NCBI GenBank assembly: GCA_000091205.1
Contig: AP006492.2
Origin: Cyanidioschyzon merolae
Taxonomy: Eukaryota
Length of the DNA: 64,000 bases
Strand: one strand, 5' to 3'
The position numbers and the translations under genes were made by a program. Every line of letters begins with the position of its first letter. Positions within the stretch are counted from its first letter, which is position 1. The notes below the pieces were generated by a model. That model had not been told where the DNA came from. It did not search any database and was given only the letters and a program-made list of their open reading frames with translations. Shown piece by piece: positions 1-10,445 of the stretch.

Positions 1-3000
1 GTTTCGTTGTGCAGAGGGTCACGAGTTCTGGGCGAACCCGAATAACATACGGCGAGGGATTCGTGGCCATGGAACGCAGCGCAAGCCGAGCTGGTGCCCG
101 CACTGCGCGCGTGAGCGCCGCCAAAAGTCTTGAGTCCAGCACGCTGTGCACAGTGCTCGAGAGCCTGCACACAACCAACGACATTCGTCGCTGGTTTGAT
201 GGACTCCGAGCATTTCAAAGCAGCAAGAGTGTCGTGCGGCAGCTCTAAGGGTCATCATGGCGTCGATTGCGCGCATGAAGGGTACGGAAGTTCGATTGTC
301 GAGGCCGGAACGCTAGCCTGGTGGCGGATGACACGGATCACGACGCAGCGCATCGTCGGCTTGAGACCGCCCGGAACGGCAGTTCCTCAGTCTGGGTACA
401 CCTGCATCATCAACACGCTTCGTTGACGCTGGAGAAGAGACTGATGGCGATTGTTGGTAACGTTGTGCGGTGGATGTGGCGCTCGCCCTACAGTTTAAAG
501 TTTTCGGGATTGCATTTTTTGTGCTTAAGGTTGTTTTTAGAAATCGCATCACTTTAGGACTCGAATACGCAACAGTGGGCCGGTACGCTAGATTTTGCGA
601 GCTAGAACTTTGGACACGAGCGCGTCGTAGGGACCCCGTATGGTCGTAAAGGTATGGCGTGCACCCCGTACGGAAACGGAAACGAGACACCGCGCGGTGT
701 GTTGTTATCACGATTGTCAGGTTCTATCATACGTTGTACATAAAGGTCAAATCATGGGACGTCATGGTCGTTCGCCATGTACCGAAAGGAACTGGTCTTA
801 GCGTACATGACCTGCGCTGCAGCCTCGCTGGATTGCTGAACCGCATCACGCCGGGGCATCGCTCCAGACAAGAATCCAATGTAATGAGGCGTACCCACTG
901 GTTTCATGATCCCAAGTGAGCAGCGTTTCAGCACAATGCCCTCACTGAATACGAAATGAATCCCTCAAGGGCTCGCCTGAAAGCAAGAAGCTGGACGCTC
1001 GGGAAGCTCGAACGATTTTCCGGAATTTTGATCGAGCATACGGCGTCTCGATATAGAAGGTGCTTCCGCGCATCGCTGCTGCTAGAATGATACCCAAGTT
1101 AGCCGCGCATCCGCGATTGCCTCGGCATCTGCTCTTCGATCAGCGTACCGTGCGCCATCTCGTGCGTCCGCCTCTGTTCCACGTTCGTCTGTTCTATCTG
1201 TTCCAGCGTGCACCTACGCTAGTGATTTGTTGATTTCGTCCGGATCGCATCGATGAGAATCGAGAACGATGGCGTCCTGGAAGCGTTGTACACTTACGTC
1301 AGTGGAGCATGCGTACAGCGTTTGAGCGCTGCAGCATGCCGAGCGCAATGGATACCCACAACTCAATGCGACATAGCGGCCATTTCCTCATCCAACTCTT
1401 TGAACAAGTTGCCGAATGCAAGTTTTTCGTCAAAGTACAAGTGAAACAATTGGCGGCCCAACACGTTTTCATATATTCCTGCGAAAAATCGTCGACGTGC
1501 GCCGTTTCAACGCCCATTTACGCGCTTGATCAAGCGTACGAAACATCCACCTCTGCTCTATACGGTGCTGAGGACGTCGATATCAAAATCCTGGCGTCGT
1601 CACGCGCCATGCTGATATGCTTCCTGGCATTCAGTGTGCCCGTCCCTCGATAAATTCGGAACCGCGCATACGTTGAGCAGGTTCATCTGCTTTCCAATCA
1701 AGTTTCTGGCGTTGTGCTCTTGGTTTCGAGGCACGACGATCTCCTTGGTGACCGTCGCTCCAGGAAACACGCTCATCACAAAGTGCTTCTCTTCATTGAC
1801 ATAATTCCGTTGAAATTGTGTCCCGTTGCTCCACGCAGGCCTGAGCTTCACTGCGTGCATATAGATCGGTGTTCCGTCGCTCTCCATCGTACTCATATAT
1901 TACGCTTCACGTACTCCTCGTAAACATGAAACATTGAACGAGCTCCGCCGGTGCACTCTGCCATGGTGTTTGAATGCTTCATACTTGCTCGCAGAAACGA
2001 TCTCCTTATCCGCTTCCACCATTGCGTGGGCGGATGGCATGCATGTGATCTTCATTCTCTAAATCCACTTTTTCCATGGTTTCAGACATAATCGGGGACG
2101 ATGGCGCTCGAGCTCGCCTCTTCGATATATGGGTCGAGTATTCCGCAGGTACTTTGCGTCACCTTCTCTGGAGCGGGCACGCCTATGGGCCGCAGCGCGA
2201 CTTTCCGCCCCGCCCTGCGTACGAGCAGGAGTTCCTTAGCTCGCTTCAGGGCTAGCACAGCGAAAGAATGGTTCGTAAACGAACATTGCCACGGATGCGA
2301 ACGACTCGTCTATTGATCTGTGAGCATCAAATTGGTGTTGGATAACAGAAAAGACGCCTTCGACTGGACTGAATCAGAAACAATAGACTGCACCGGAGTG
2401 CAGCGCAAAGTCGAACTATGCTGTGAAATATTGCACGGTTTTTGGGCGATAAAAAGTGACCTCGACATAGCGCATGACAGACGAGCATCGGACGGCGACG
2501 GCACGAAGCATGCATCGACAAAACGTCATATGATGAACGATCTTTTCTGTTGGACGCTTCATAGGCAAGCGCGCGACTGAGTCGGCTACGAGGCCCATGA
2601 TTTCGAAATGCTTGCTCGTCGCTTCTTCATGATGAGCAGATTTTCCCGCTTTGAGTACCCCGAGAAAGGTCTACGATTTCTCCCGAATGAAGTTTCATTG
2701 AGCAAGACGAACACCTGCCGCTCCTGTAATACGCGTTCACGTTTCAGTGCGAAATCAATCGGTTGTTGTTCGATGCACGACGCTCTCGAGCAGAAGCAAG
2801 CCTTATCGCGTTGTCCATCGGTTTCTTTTCTTCACCTTTCATAGCACCGGTAGAGACGCATCATATCGCGTGGCTCGTTTCGACTTCATTTCATCATAGA
2901 TTGTATGAAAAAGAAAGGATTGGCGAAGAGACATTCGCGCGGCAAGCGTTTGATAATTTCTGATTCAGTTGCACAACGTTCAGGGTATTGACTACCAGAA

Positions 3001-3443
3001 CGGTGGTTCATCCATCTGGTTCATGTGAAATAACTGACTTAAGCAATAAATCCCGTTTTTCGCGAGAGACCAGTGACACCATCGATTCCTTCCTCAACCA
3101 TTCCCCAATCTACAGGATACGTTTCTTCTGTTGAATTCCTGTAAGAAAAACAAACAAAAGCGGAAAAGCGTGCACTGATAAGAGCATTATGCAAGTCACT
3201 ACGCTTCCCCTAACGCTAGGCTCCGAACACGACCGCGACGGTGTATTCGCCTCGGTGGTCTTCGCTCTGACCCCAATCCATGGAAGCGAGCCGAATGCAT
3301 GTACATCGAGACGCAGCGCGTTCACGTGGTCAGCATATCCAGAGAAGCAAACCTGATGTGCGTAGACAGCTGAGGAGGCGTCGCTGCATCGGCTGCTGGG
3401 GCGCAGATTTTGCCCATTGTTGCAGCGCGGACAAGTGTTCCGA

Positions 3444-4035
3444 ATTCTCGAAAATTTACCTTCTAGGTGGAAGGTCTCGCGAGCCGGACGAGCCTGCCGG
3501 GCATACGCCCTGTGCGCCTCTGCAGCGACCGATGCTGTAGGGAGATCTCCGCTGCCCCTCGGCAACGTAATCAATCTGGGGCTCGCAGCGAGTATGCTGC
3601 GTTTCCGCGTCGCGCAGGTCGCAGAGGACTCCGAGCATATCGCTTCGCGCTATCGCAGGCAATACGTCTGTATGCGCATCTTGCAGGCTCCCTGAATGAC
3701 AATGAATCCCGAATCCATATCGTGCAGAACACGCCTCGAGCCGACGCCCTCTGTGGTATAGAAAAGCCGTCCTACGTCCGTGATGCATCCGTACCAAAGG
3801 TAAAGACGCCACTGCGGACTATCAGGGCAGGCATTAGGTGTCCGATAGAACGTAGGAAACGACCAGAATATCCGAGAAAAAGTATAGGTAATGTAACATG
3901 GAAGTAGGGCGTTTGAAGGATACTTCACCTCGCACTAAAAAAACACAAAAAAAAAGTAAGAAAAGAAAAATGCGCGTGATCGGAGAACGCTGGCACAAGT
4001 ACACCTTTTGTCCATGAAAAAAAAATCGGTGCTTC
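3444..4035 (+). repeat. Solo copy R1 of interspersed 'H+T' repeat family: head module (attctcgaaa..ggaaggtctcgcgagccggacgag) plus A-rich tail (cactaaaaaaacacaaaaaaaaag..atcggagaacgctgg..gtccatgaaaaaaaaa)
   Basis: Nucleotide similarity read directly to copies at 9033-9650, 13230-13700, 19176-20020, 41290-41660(rc), 51300-51730(rc); shared head 'ttctcgaaa.t.tacctt.taggtg.aaggtc.cgcgagccggacga' and shared tail 'atcggagaacgctggc..gttttgtccatgaaa'. No ORF. SINE-like (A-rich 3' end). Confidence 0.6.
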
Positions 4036-4435
4036 CAATTCTGGACACAGGTGGTGCTGGCGCAGCATCGCACAGCGCGCTCCATCAGCATGCCGCGGCA
4101 CACCGCGCGCCGTGGGCGCCACACACGCGAGCGTCTGCTCAGCGCGCTGCGCGGCACAGGAATCCAGATGCATGCGGTCTGTTGTTTTTTTTGATTGTTC
4201 GTTGCTGGTGGTCGCGTCTCGGCTGCAAGTTGCATATTCTTCGTGTCGGCGTGGTTGTGGGGTGCGTTCTTCCACTGGTACTAGAGGACAGGTTGTCAAT
4301 CTTGGTCGCTGACGACGAAAGCGCTCTTTAAGGGTTAGGCGCTGCGCTACTAACGCGGCACGCGTTTGACGGCAAGCTCTCTGCACCAGATAGGACGCTG
4401 CGGCTGCACCGACGCGTTCGCTTCGGCGTTCGTGT

Positions 4436-6151
4436 ATGAGTGAGGAGCGTGTGCATCAAAGCTCACCGCCTGCCTGCTTTAGAGGACCAGAATCAACGCC
4501 GTCTGTTTCGTCCACCGACGAACTCGCTGGTACGAAGCGTGAGCACCTTGTAGACTCGGAAAGGAGTTACCTGCAGCTGCCGGCGCTGACGGATCACTCC
4601 GATCTTTCGCTTGCCAGTTTACCCCTATTAGTGCAAGTCTCGGACACCCAGTCAGGGGATAGCGCGAAATCTGACTCGGAGCGAGCTTATGCACTAGTGC
4701 ACGTGTCACCTATTGCGACGGTTCGGGAGGTAAAGCAAGAGCTCGTGAAACAGGGTATAATCCCTGTCGAAGATCTACCTTCGGTGCAGCTGATATTTGG
4801 AGAAGAGACGTTATCGGAAAACTCCCCTTTAACAGAGTACTTCCTTCCGGAACTCTACGACTATTCGGAGGCATTGCTGCGAATGATTGATCAAGGAGGA
4901 CTCGACGTGGAGCAGAAACATGAAGCCATGGAGCGCGCGCTCCAAGTGATAGGGAGTATGCGCGATGGAATCTCCTCGGGCCGCGAGTCCAGCAGCACGA
5001 AGCCATCTGTGGCAAGTGCGGTTCAGCGCGCGGCAGCGCCTGGTAGCGAGCGACTTCAGCTGCCCGGAATCGACATGCTACCGCGGCCGTTAGGAACGAG
5101 CGCCGTCCATCTCGAGAACGAGGGCGCTACCGACGTTGTGGCAACTAGAAACGTTTCACCCGGGAAGGGCGTGACAGCAGCGCCTCTATGGTCGCCTATG
5201 CTGCCGTCTTTGTCGCCCACAGGAGCCAGCGTCATCGCAACCGAACCGTATGCGCTCTGGACGCCAATGCAGCTGAGCACGCCGATGGATATGGCCGAAA
5301 GGTTACACATGCTGGAGCCGAGACTTTTCACACCTGAGGGTGTTTCTGCTGTGGGGGCGTTCGTGCCGCTTTCAGCACGTCTGCGGCAGCAGAACGGGGG
5401 CCATTCCGCCCGTCTTATCGCGCAAGAGCCGGCTCTTCAACCAGGCGGTGGAGCGATAAGTGGCACCTCCTCCTTCGTCGACGCTAGAACACGCTCGCTG
5501 GCAGAAGCAGGACCGCTCGAATCCTCAGTAATACGGGGATCAGAAGCTCCTTGTGACATACCCAAGAAACGTGCAAAATACGCGAGGGCCGCGTCCGGAG
5601 CGCGAACCAGCACAGCGGGTAGCTCGTACTCGAGCGATATGACTGGACAATCACGCTGCGATCAGGACTGCGAATCTCCGCAACCTGGCGACGCAAGCTC
5701 CCTAGCGAGGAGCGGACCCCATGAACACACGGCGTCCGTTCAGAGCGCCGCGAACCAGCGTCTTGTTTCGAATTTGAAAAATTTACCGGATCGATGGGTC
5801 ATGGAAGGCGCCCACGAGGGCCAGGTCCCTGTTCGCGGTCGTAGCCAGGCGAGTCAGGGAACAGAGGCGTCTTCGAGCGACAGCCGCCCAGTACGGCTTG
5901 CGAGCCTGTCGCCCGAAGAGCGCCGCCGGCGCCGCATGGAGCAGAACCGCAAAAGCGCGGAACGCTCGCGCTTGCGCAAAAAGGAACTCGAACAGCGATA
6001 TCGTGCGGCGGTCCGTCAGCTTAGTGAAGAGAATGCTGAGCTGCGTCGACAGCTCGACTCGTTTCGCGAACAAATTCAACGAATGCAGCAGCTACTCGCG
6101 GTGCAGATGCGAGCGACATCCGCACCGCTGGACACACCGTCGCAACAGTAA
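4436..6151 (+). CDS. bZIP transcription factor (basic region-leucine zipper at C-terminus)
   Basis: ATG verified at 4436; C-terminal 'RRRRRMEQNRKSAERSRLRKKELEQRYRAAVRQLSEENAELRRQLDSFREQIQRMQQLL' = basic region (N-x7-R) followed by heptad Leu zipper; rest low complexity Ser/Ala/Pro-rich. Confidence 0.7.
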   Translation: MSEERVHQSSPPACFRGPESTPSVSSTDELAGTKREHLVDSERSYLQLPALTDHSDLSLASLPLLVQVSDTQSGDSAKSDSERAYALVHVSPIATVREVKQELVKQGIIPVEDLPSVQLIFGEETLSENSPLTEYFLPELYDYSEALLRMIDQGGLDVEQKHEAMERALQVIGSMRDGISSGRESSSTKPSVASAVQRAAAPGSERLQLPGIDMLPRPLGTSAVHLENEGATDVVATRNVSPGKGVTAAPLWSPMLPSLSPTGASVIATEPYALWTPMQLSTPMDMAERLHMLEPRLFTPEGVSAVGAFVPLSARLRQQNGGHSARLIAQEPALQPGGGAISGTSSFVDARTRSLAEAGPLESSVIRGSEAPCDIPKKRAKYARAASGARTSTAGSSYSSDMTGQSRCDQDCESPQPGDASSLARSGPHEHTASVQSAANQRLVSNLKNLPDRWVMEGAHEGQVPVRGRSQASQGTEASSSDSRPVRLASLSPEERRRRRMEQNRKSAERSRLRKKELEQRYRAAVRQLSEENAELRRQLDSFREQIQRMQQLLAVQMRATSAPLDTPSQQ

Positions 6152-6398
6152 TCCATTGAGGTCCCTACGCTTTACTTAGAGCTTTTCGTTCGCTTTTAAG
6201 CCGAGACGGCAGGTTGCGCAACGTCATCGAGTTGTAGACGCGCACGAATAGCGAGTGCTTATTTCTCGACACGATGAAACTGGATTCGGAAAATAGATTC
6301 ATGAACTAAAGAGTGAACTGATTCCCGATGGAGGCCGAACGCCGTTCGAAAGTCGAACGACGGCAGTGCACCGTAGTGGCGAGAAGGCCGCCCTAGAC

Positions 6399-8674
6399 TT
6401 AACGACTCCAACTGGCGTACTGACGCTTCCTAGGCTTTCTGGACCGGCCACCCACTACTGATTCCAACTTCTTCTCATATAAATCAACTTTGAGAGGTTG
6501 TCCAATAAAGTTCTCTCGTGTCCGCTCTGGAGGTCTTTTCTCCAGCACCGCGCATCTCCTGATATTGATAGCGGCGTTGAAGTCTCGGTTAACGAACTCC
6601 ATACGCTTCTTGCCATCATTGGTTGTACATACTAATGCAATGAGTCCACGAACTTTTGCCTTCCGTTCCATTTGCTCTCCCGTCAGCGGTCCGTACTTTG
6701 CAATTTCCTCAGGACTCCTCTGGCACTTTTCCATCTCCAGGCTCTGGAGTGTGCACCCCAGTTCATGATGTGTATAAAATGTTCGAAACTCATGGATCGG
6801 TATTGTGACAAAACGCCGTGCACACTCCTTGTACGTTCTTGTCGTCGGAGCTGGCAGAGTTCCTTTTTGGGTGTTCCATCGCCCTGCTCCGTACGCTACT
6901 ACAAGCCTCTGTCTTTCATCCTTCTTCGAGGCGCTCAACTCATTGAAAAAATTCGCGAACGCCCGCTACCTCCCACCATATAGATTCGTACGCAGACGAG
7001 CCCACCGGGGCTCTGTATACTCCTCCCACAGCGCCTCCCAATGGGCAACAAGAACTTCCATGAAATTCCGAAAAGCTGTAAAGTCCGCTCCTCGGCTCGT
7101 CACCTCGCTCATAGCTTCAAGGTGATCCTTCATTCCTGCGTTCCACGTAACGATTTTCTTCCTTGCATTCATTATACCGGATTCTCGGTAGTATCTTGCT
7201 CTGGAGAACCTCCAAAGGCGCATGTCTTTCTGACGTAATTTGCCGTCAGTACCATATTCCGCACGCTTCGGTGCTGTGATGGTTATGATATTCGTGTTCC
7301 CAGGGTCTGCGCCGACGACAAAGTCGTTATCTTGGACTCTCTCCGTCGCAGGACCCGCCTCCTTCTTTTCTTCATGTTTCGCCGCGCCAACGACAAGGTC
7401 GTTATCCCGCACCTCCTGCATTGCAGGACCCGCCTTCTTCTCATCTTCATCCTTCGTGACGGGCGCAGCCAAAGGCGGACCAGCACGATCTTTCTACAAC
7501 CGCCGATAGTGTACACACAAGGCTACTCCATCGGTTTCGATCAACCCAGTGAACCACTTTTGCTCGCTCATTTTGAGACGTTTGAAATTGAAGATATTCT
7601 TCCAGTACGTTTCCCGGTTTTCATCGGAGAACTCCTCCCTGTTACCATTGAACTCCGGACTGATCCCCTTCATGATGCCGTAAAGGACTCTGGAGTCGGT
7701 ACTCACGAAATGTGACTTGATGTTGCACATTGGAACGACGTTGAAGCGCTTCCCCATTGGGACAGCCTTCCGTCTCTCCCACTCTTCATTTTTTTTCCCC
7801 ACTCAGCTTCATCTCTGCTTTGCGCTCGAGTTCTCGGTCCATGAACACGAAATACCGTACGACGAGGCGATCGTATCTTTCCTTATCTTTTTTCATGTCT
7901 GATATCTTGTCTGTTGGATTCGCCAACCCAGTACCGCACGATGCTCTTGAATAGCCGCACGGATTACAGAAGCTTCATTCGTGCTCTCGTTTGACGCCTT
8001 CTCGTCGACAAATTCGACCTCATCTTCACGCTTGCGATCTTTCACGATGTCGTTGATAATCGCCCATTTCCCATGGCGAGAGATGCCCTGGTACAGCGCA
8101 AACACGGCGCGTATCATGAAACGTTCGGGGTTCACTGTCAAATGGTTCTTCAGATTCGTGAAGTACTTCATTGCCCCGTCTGTGTAAATATCCCCGTCAC
8201 CCTTGTATCGAGTACCCTCGAGGCTGTAAAAGGGATGTTTTTCGTGGAGAGCATGCACTAGCTCATTTTGCCTCCTCGTTTCCCCTGTACCAAGCATCAG
8301 GTAACGAATAAAGTCTTATCGAAAAACTCGTCCGGAATCTCGACCGTTTCCGTGTGCGTCACGTCTCCGTACATCTCCCTCGCCAAATGAATCAATCCTG
8401 ACGACACCTCGACAACACGCTTGGAGTACGAGTCGACACGTTTTGCTGATACCCTCTCGCAACTTTTCCCTCTAGGGATCCTTGATATGTCCAAGACGAA
8501 AAGGTTTTCACCATAATATCGTCGTGCTGTCGTCTTTCCTGCAGCTTCTGACGTTGGACCTCTCCGTTTTGCCTCTTCGTCTTGTATTGTGGCTCCGGGC
8601 TTGGTACTTTTGTTCGTTTTTTTTCTGGCAGCCGGCGACACCTGTCTTCCAGGATCCTTCATTTCCATGTCCAT
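6399..8674 (-). pseudogene. Disrupted Fanzor/TnpB-like nuclease ORF (copy A): frameshift at ~8297, frame break 7802-7893, in-frame stop 7494-7496, ~69-bp tandem duplication at 7290-7450, frameshift 6938-6966
   Basis: Pieces align colinearly to copy B, but sit in different frames or are separated by stops. Start ATG 'MDMEMKD' at 8674; stop TAA at 6399-6401. Confidence 0.65.
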
Positions 8675-8900
8675 AGCTTTCCTTTGTTATTTTTTTGAAG
8701 AAGAGCGCACATGAAACGCGTTTGCTGTACACCGCGGGAAAGCACTTGAGTACACGCATTTGAGGGTTGAAACACGGTTGCACTGACAGACTATACGCTG
8801 CTAGGGCTTTAATGCAAATACAACTCGTACGTTATAGCAATACGCTCATATTAAGGATCGCGTTTCCCAGTTACGGCAAGATGCGCTTTGCGTCTCATGC
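6399..8900 (-). mobile_element. Fanzor/TnpB-like (IS605 OrfB family, RuvC nuclease) element, copy A, including conserved 5' noncoding region (8675-8900) and 3' region
   Basis: Conceptual minus-strand protein assembled from ORFs 8297-8674, 7893-8297, 7494-7802, 6966-7472, 6399-6938: RuvC-I '[13 protein letters not shown]' (Asp ~7306-7308), 'TSRGADF', 'RLVVAYGAGRW', Zn-finger region 'EFRTFYTHHELGC..LVC', RuvC-III 'VNRDFNAAINI' (6571-6597). ~50-60% aa identity to copy B at 41969-44094. Confidence 0.75.
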
Positions 8901-9032
8901 ATGCCAGATATGGAGATGCGCGTCTTGACTGCGCTCTAAAATAAAGAGCGGATAGGAACCTCTAAATACCAACTATATAACAATTTCTGGCCCCGCCTGC
9001 GATAAACGTTGAAAAAGGGAAAAGCTTACGGT

Positions 9033-9650
9033 ATTCTCGAAAGTATACCTTTTAGGTGCAAGGTCCCGCGAGCCGGACGATTCTGCCAGGGTTGTGCCTC
9101 ATGGTCGCCGCAGTGCTTCGTGCTGTAGTAAGATCTGAGCAGTTCGTCCGAAACGCAGTTGATTCTGGTACTCGTAGCGGGTATGCTGCACGTGGGCGTC
9201 GCTCTGGTCGCAGTGGACTCCTCGAATATCGTTTCGCGCTGCCACCGGCACTACGTCCGTCTCTACTGTTTCCACGCTCCCGGAATAATAATGTACTCCA
9301 GACCACGTGTCGGATGCATCATAATTCGATCCGACGCCCTCAGAAGCATGGAAAACCCGCCCTGACTTCGTGCTGCATCTGCCGCAGCGGTCTGACCGCA
9401 GACGCGGGTGCCCCAGACAGGCAAGACCCCCGATAGAACGTAAAAGAACGATCAGTATTTTCGAAAGCAAGTCTGAATGATAGACCTTGGTACACCAGCA
9501 TGACGAACGCTTTGTTTCGATTACCAGTACGCATCCCGCAATCTGGGATCCTTCGTCAATGGAACCGGTTTATCAAGAGTAGAGAAGATCACAAGCAGCG
9601 TGGCCGCCGCCTGCCTGACACAGCGGCTACACGGCCTACAGCATTGCTGT
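9033..9650 (+). repeat. Copy R2 of the H-module repeat (no A-rich tail), abutting the 5' end of Fanzor copy A in divergent orientation
   Basis: 'attctcgaaagtataccttttaggtgcaaggtcccgcgagccggacgat..gctgtagtaagatctgagcagttcgtccgaaacgcag' matches R1/R4/R5; downstream 'gcatcccgcaatctgggatcc' matches internal part of R4 (19690). Confidence 0.55.
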
Positions 9651-10445
9651 TTATCGACGCGCTGCCAAACGGACGCGCAGGGACTCGTCGTACGCGTTAC
9701 ACTCTCTCGGTGGAAGCACACGTTTCCAATGGCAACACGACACATGCTTTGGATGCTTGGACGTTATATTCGAAAGGTGCCTTTAGGGCGTTTGGGTGAC
9801 TCGGCACGGGCGCGAGCGCTGTCAAGCAGCGCGGCGCGCGGGCATGCCTCCTCTTCGCACGTCGCTGGCTCGGAAGGTGCACACGCGAACGCTACGTTTG
9901 AACGCTGGCGACTGATGAGCGCACTCGGAGCACTACCCGTTCTGATCTACGGTGTATGGCTGTTCCGGCAGCCGCACGAGCACGCAGAGCCGCCGCCTCC
10001 GTACCCGTATCTGCGGAGGCGGGTGCGCGATCCAGCTTTTCCCTGGGGCAACCACGAGCTGCTGGGCACGCCCTGGGATCATGAGTCGCCCCACGCTCAC
10101 ACAGACTCTGAGTGAGCATCACGGACTGAGGGGACGCGTTGGTTTTCTAGTCTGGCAATATGCCCGAGCATCGCGTGTAACGGCTTCGATCGCGGATACA
10201 TCCTAATCATCAGGCTTATCGTCACGGAAGCTTTTCATGGAAATCCTATCTCGAACTCAGGTAATGCTGCGGATGTGGACGGGTGCTCGCGTGGTCTCTT
10301 GGGTCTCGTCACCTCTCGCCCGGCATACAGAGCATGCTACGGACGGGCGCGTGCCCATCAGGAACACAACGTGCCTGTGATCTCCCGTTCCCGTACGCGA
10401 TGCTCGTTTCTGTAGCGCGCTGGATGCAGCCTCCACCCTGGTAAC

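Noticed and set aside
281-300. 'ggaagttcgattgtcgagg' resembling a tRNA T-arm
   Set aside because: No acceptor/D/anticodon arms can be built around it.
3444-3560. H-module head as a 5S-rRNA- or tRNA-derived SINE head ('gggcatacgccc', 'ggtgctgtag' reminiscent of 5S ends)
   Set aside because: Matches are only 8-10 nt, not colinear with 5S box A/C or tRNA A/B boxes. Not supportable without a search.
8508-8783. Upstream ORF 8508-8783(-) and 41788-42120(+) as a conserved second protein of the Fanzor element (e.g. a transposase)
   Set aside because: A and B are similar here in several overlapping frames simultaneously. This indicates nucleotide-level (non-coding or frameshifted leader) conservation, not a distinct conserved protein.
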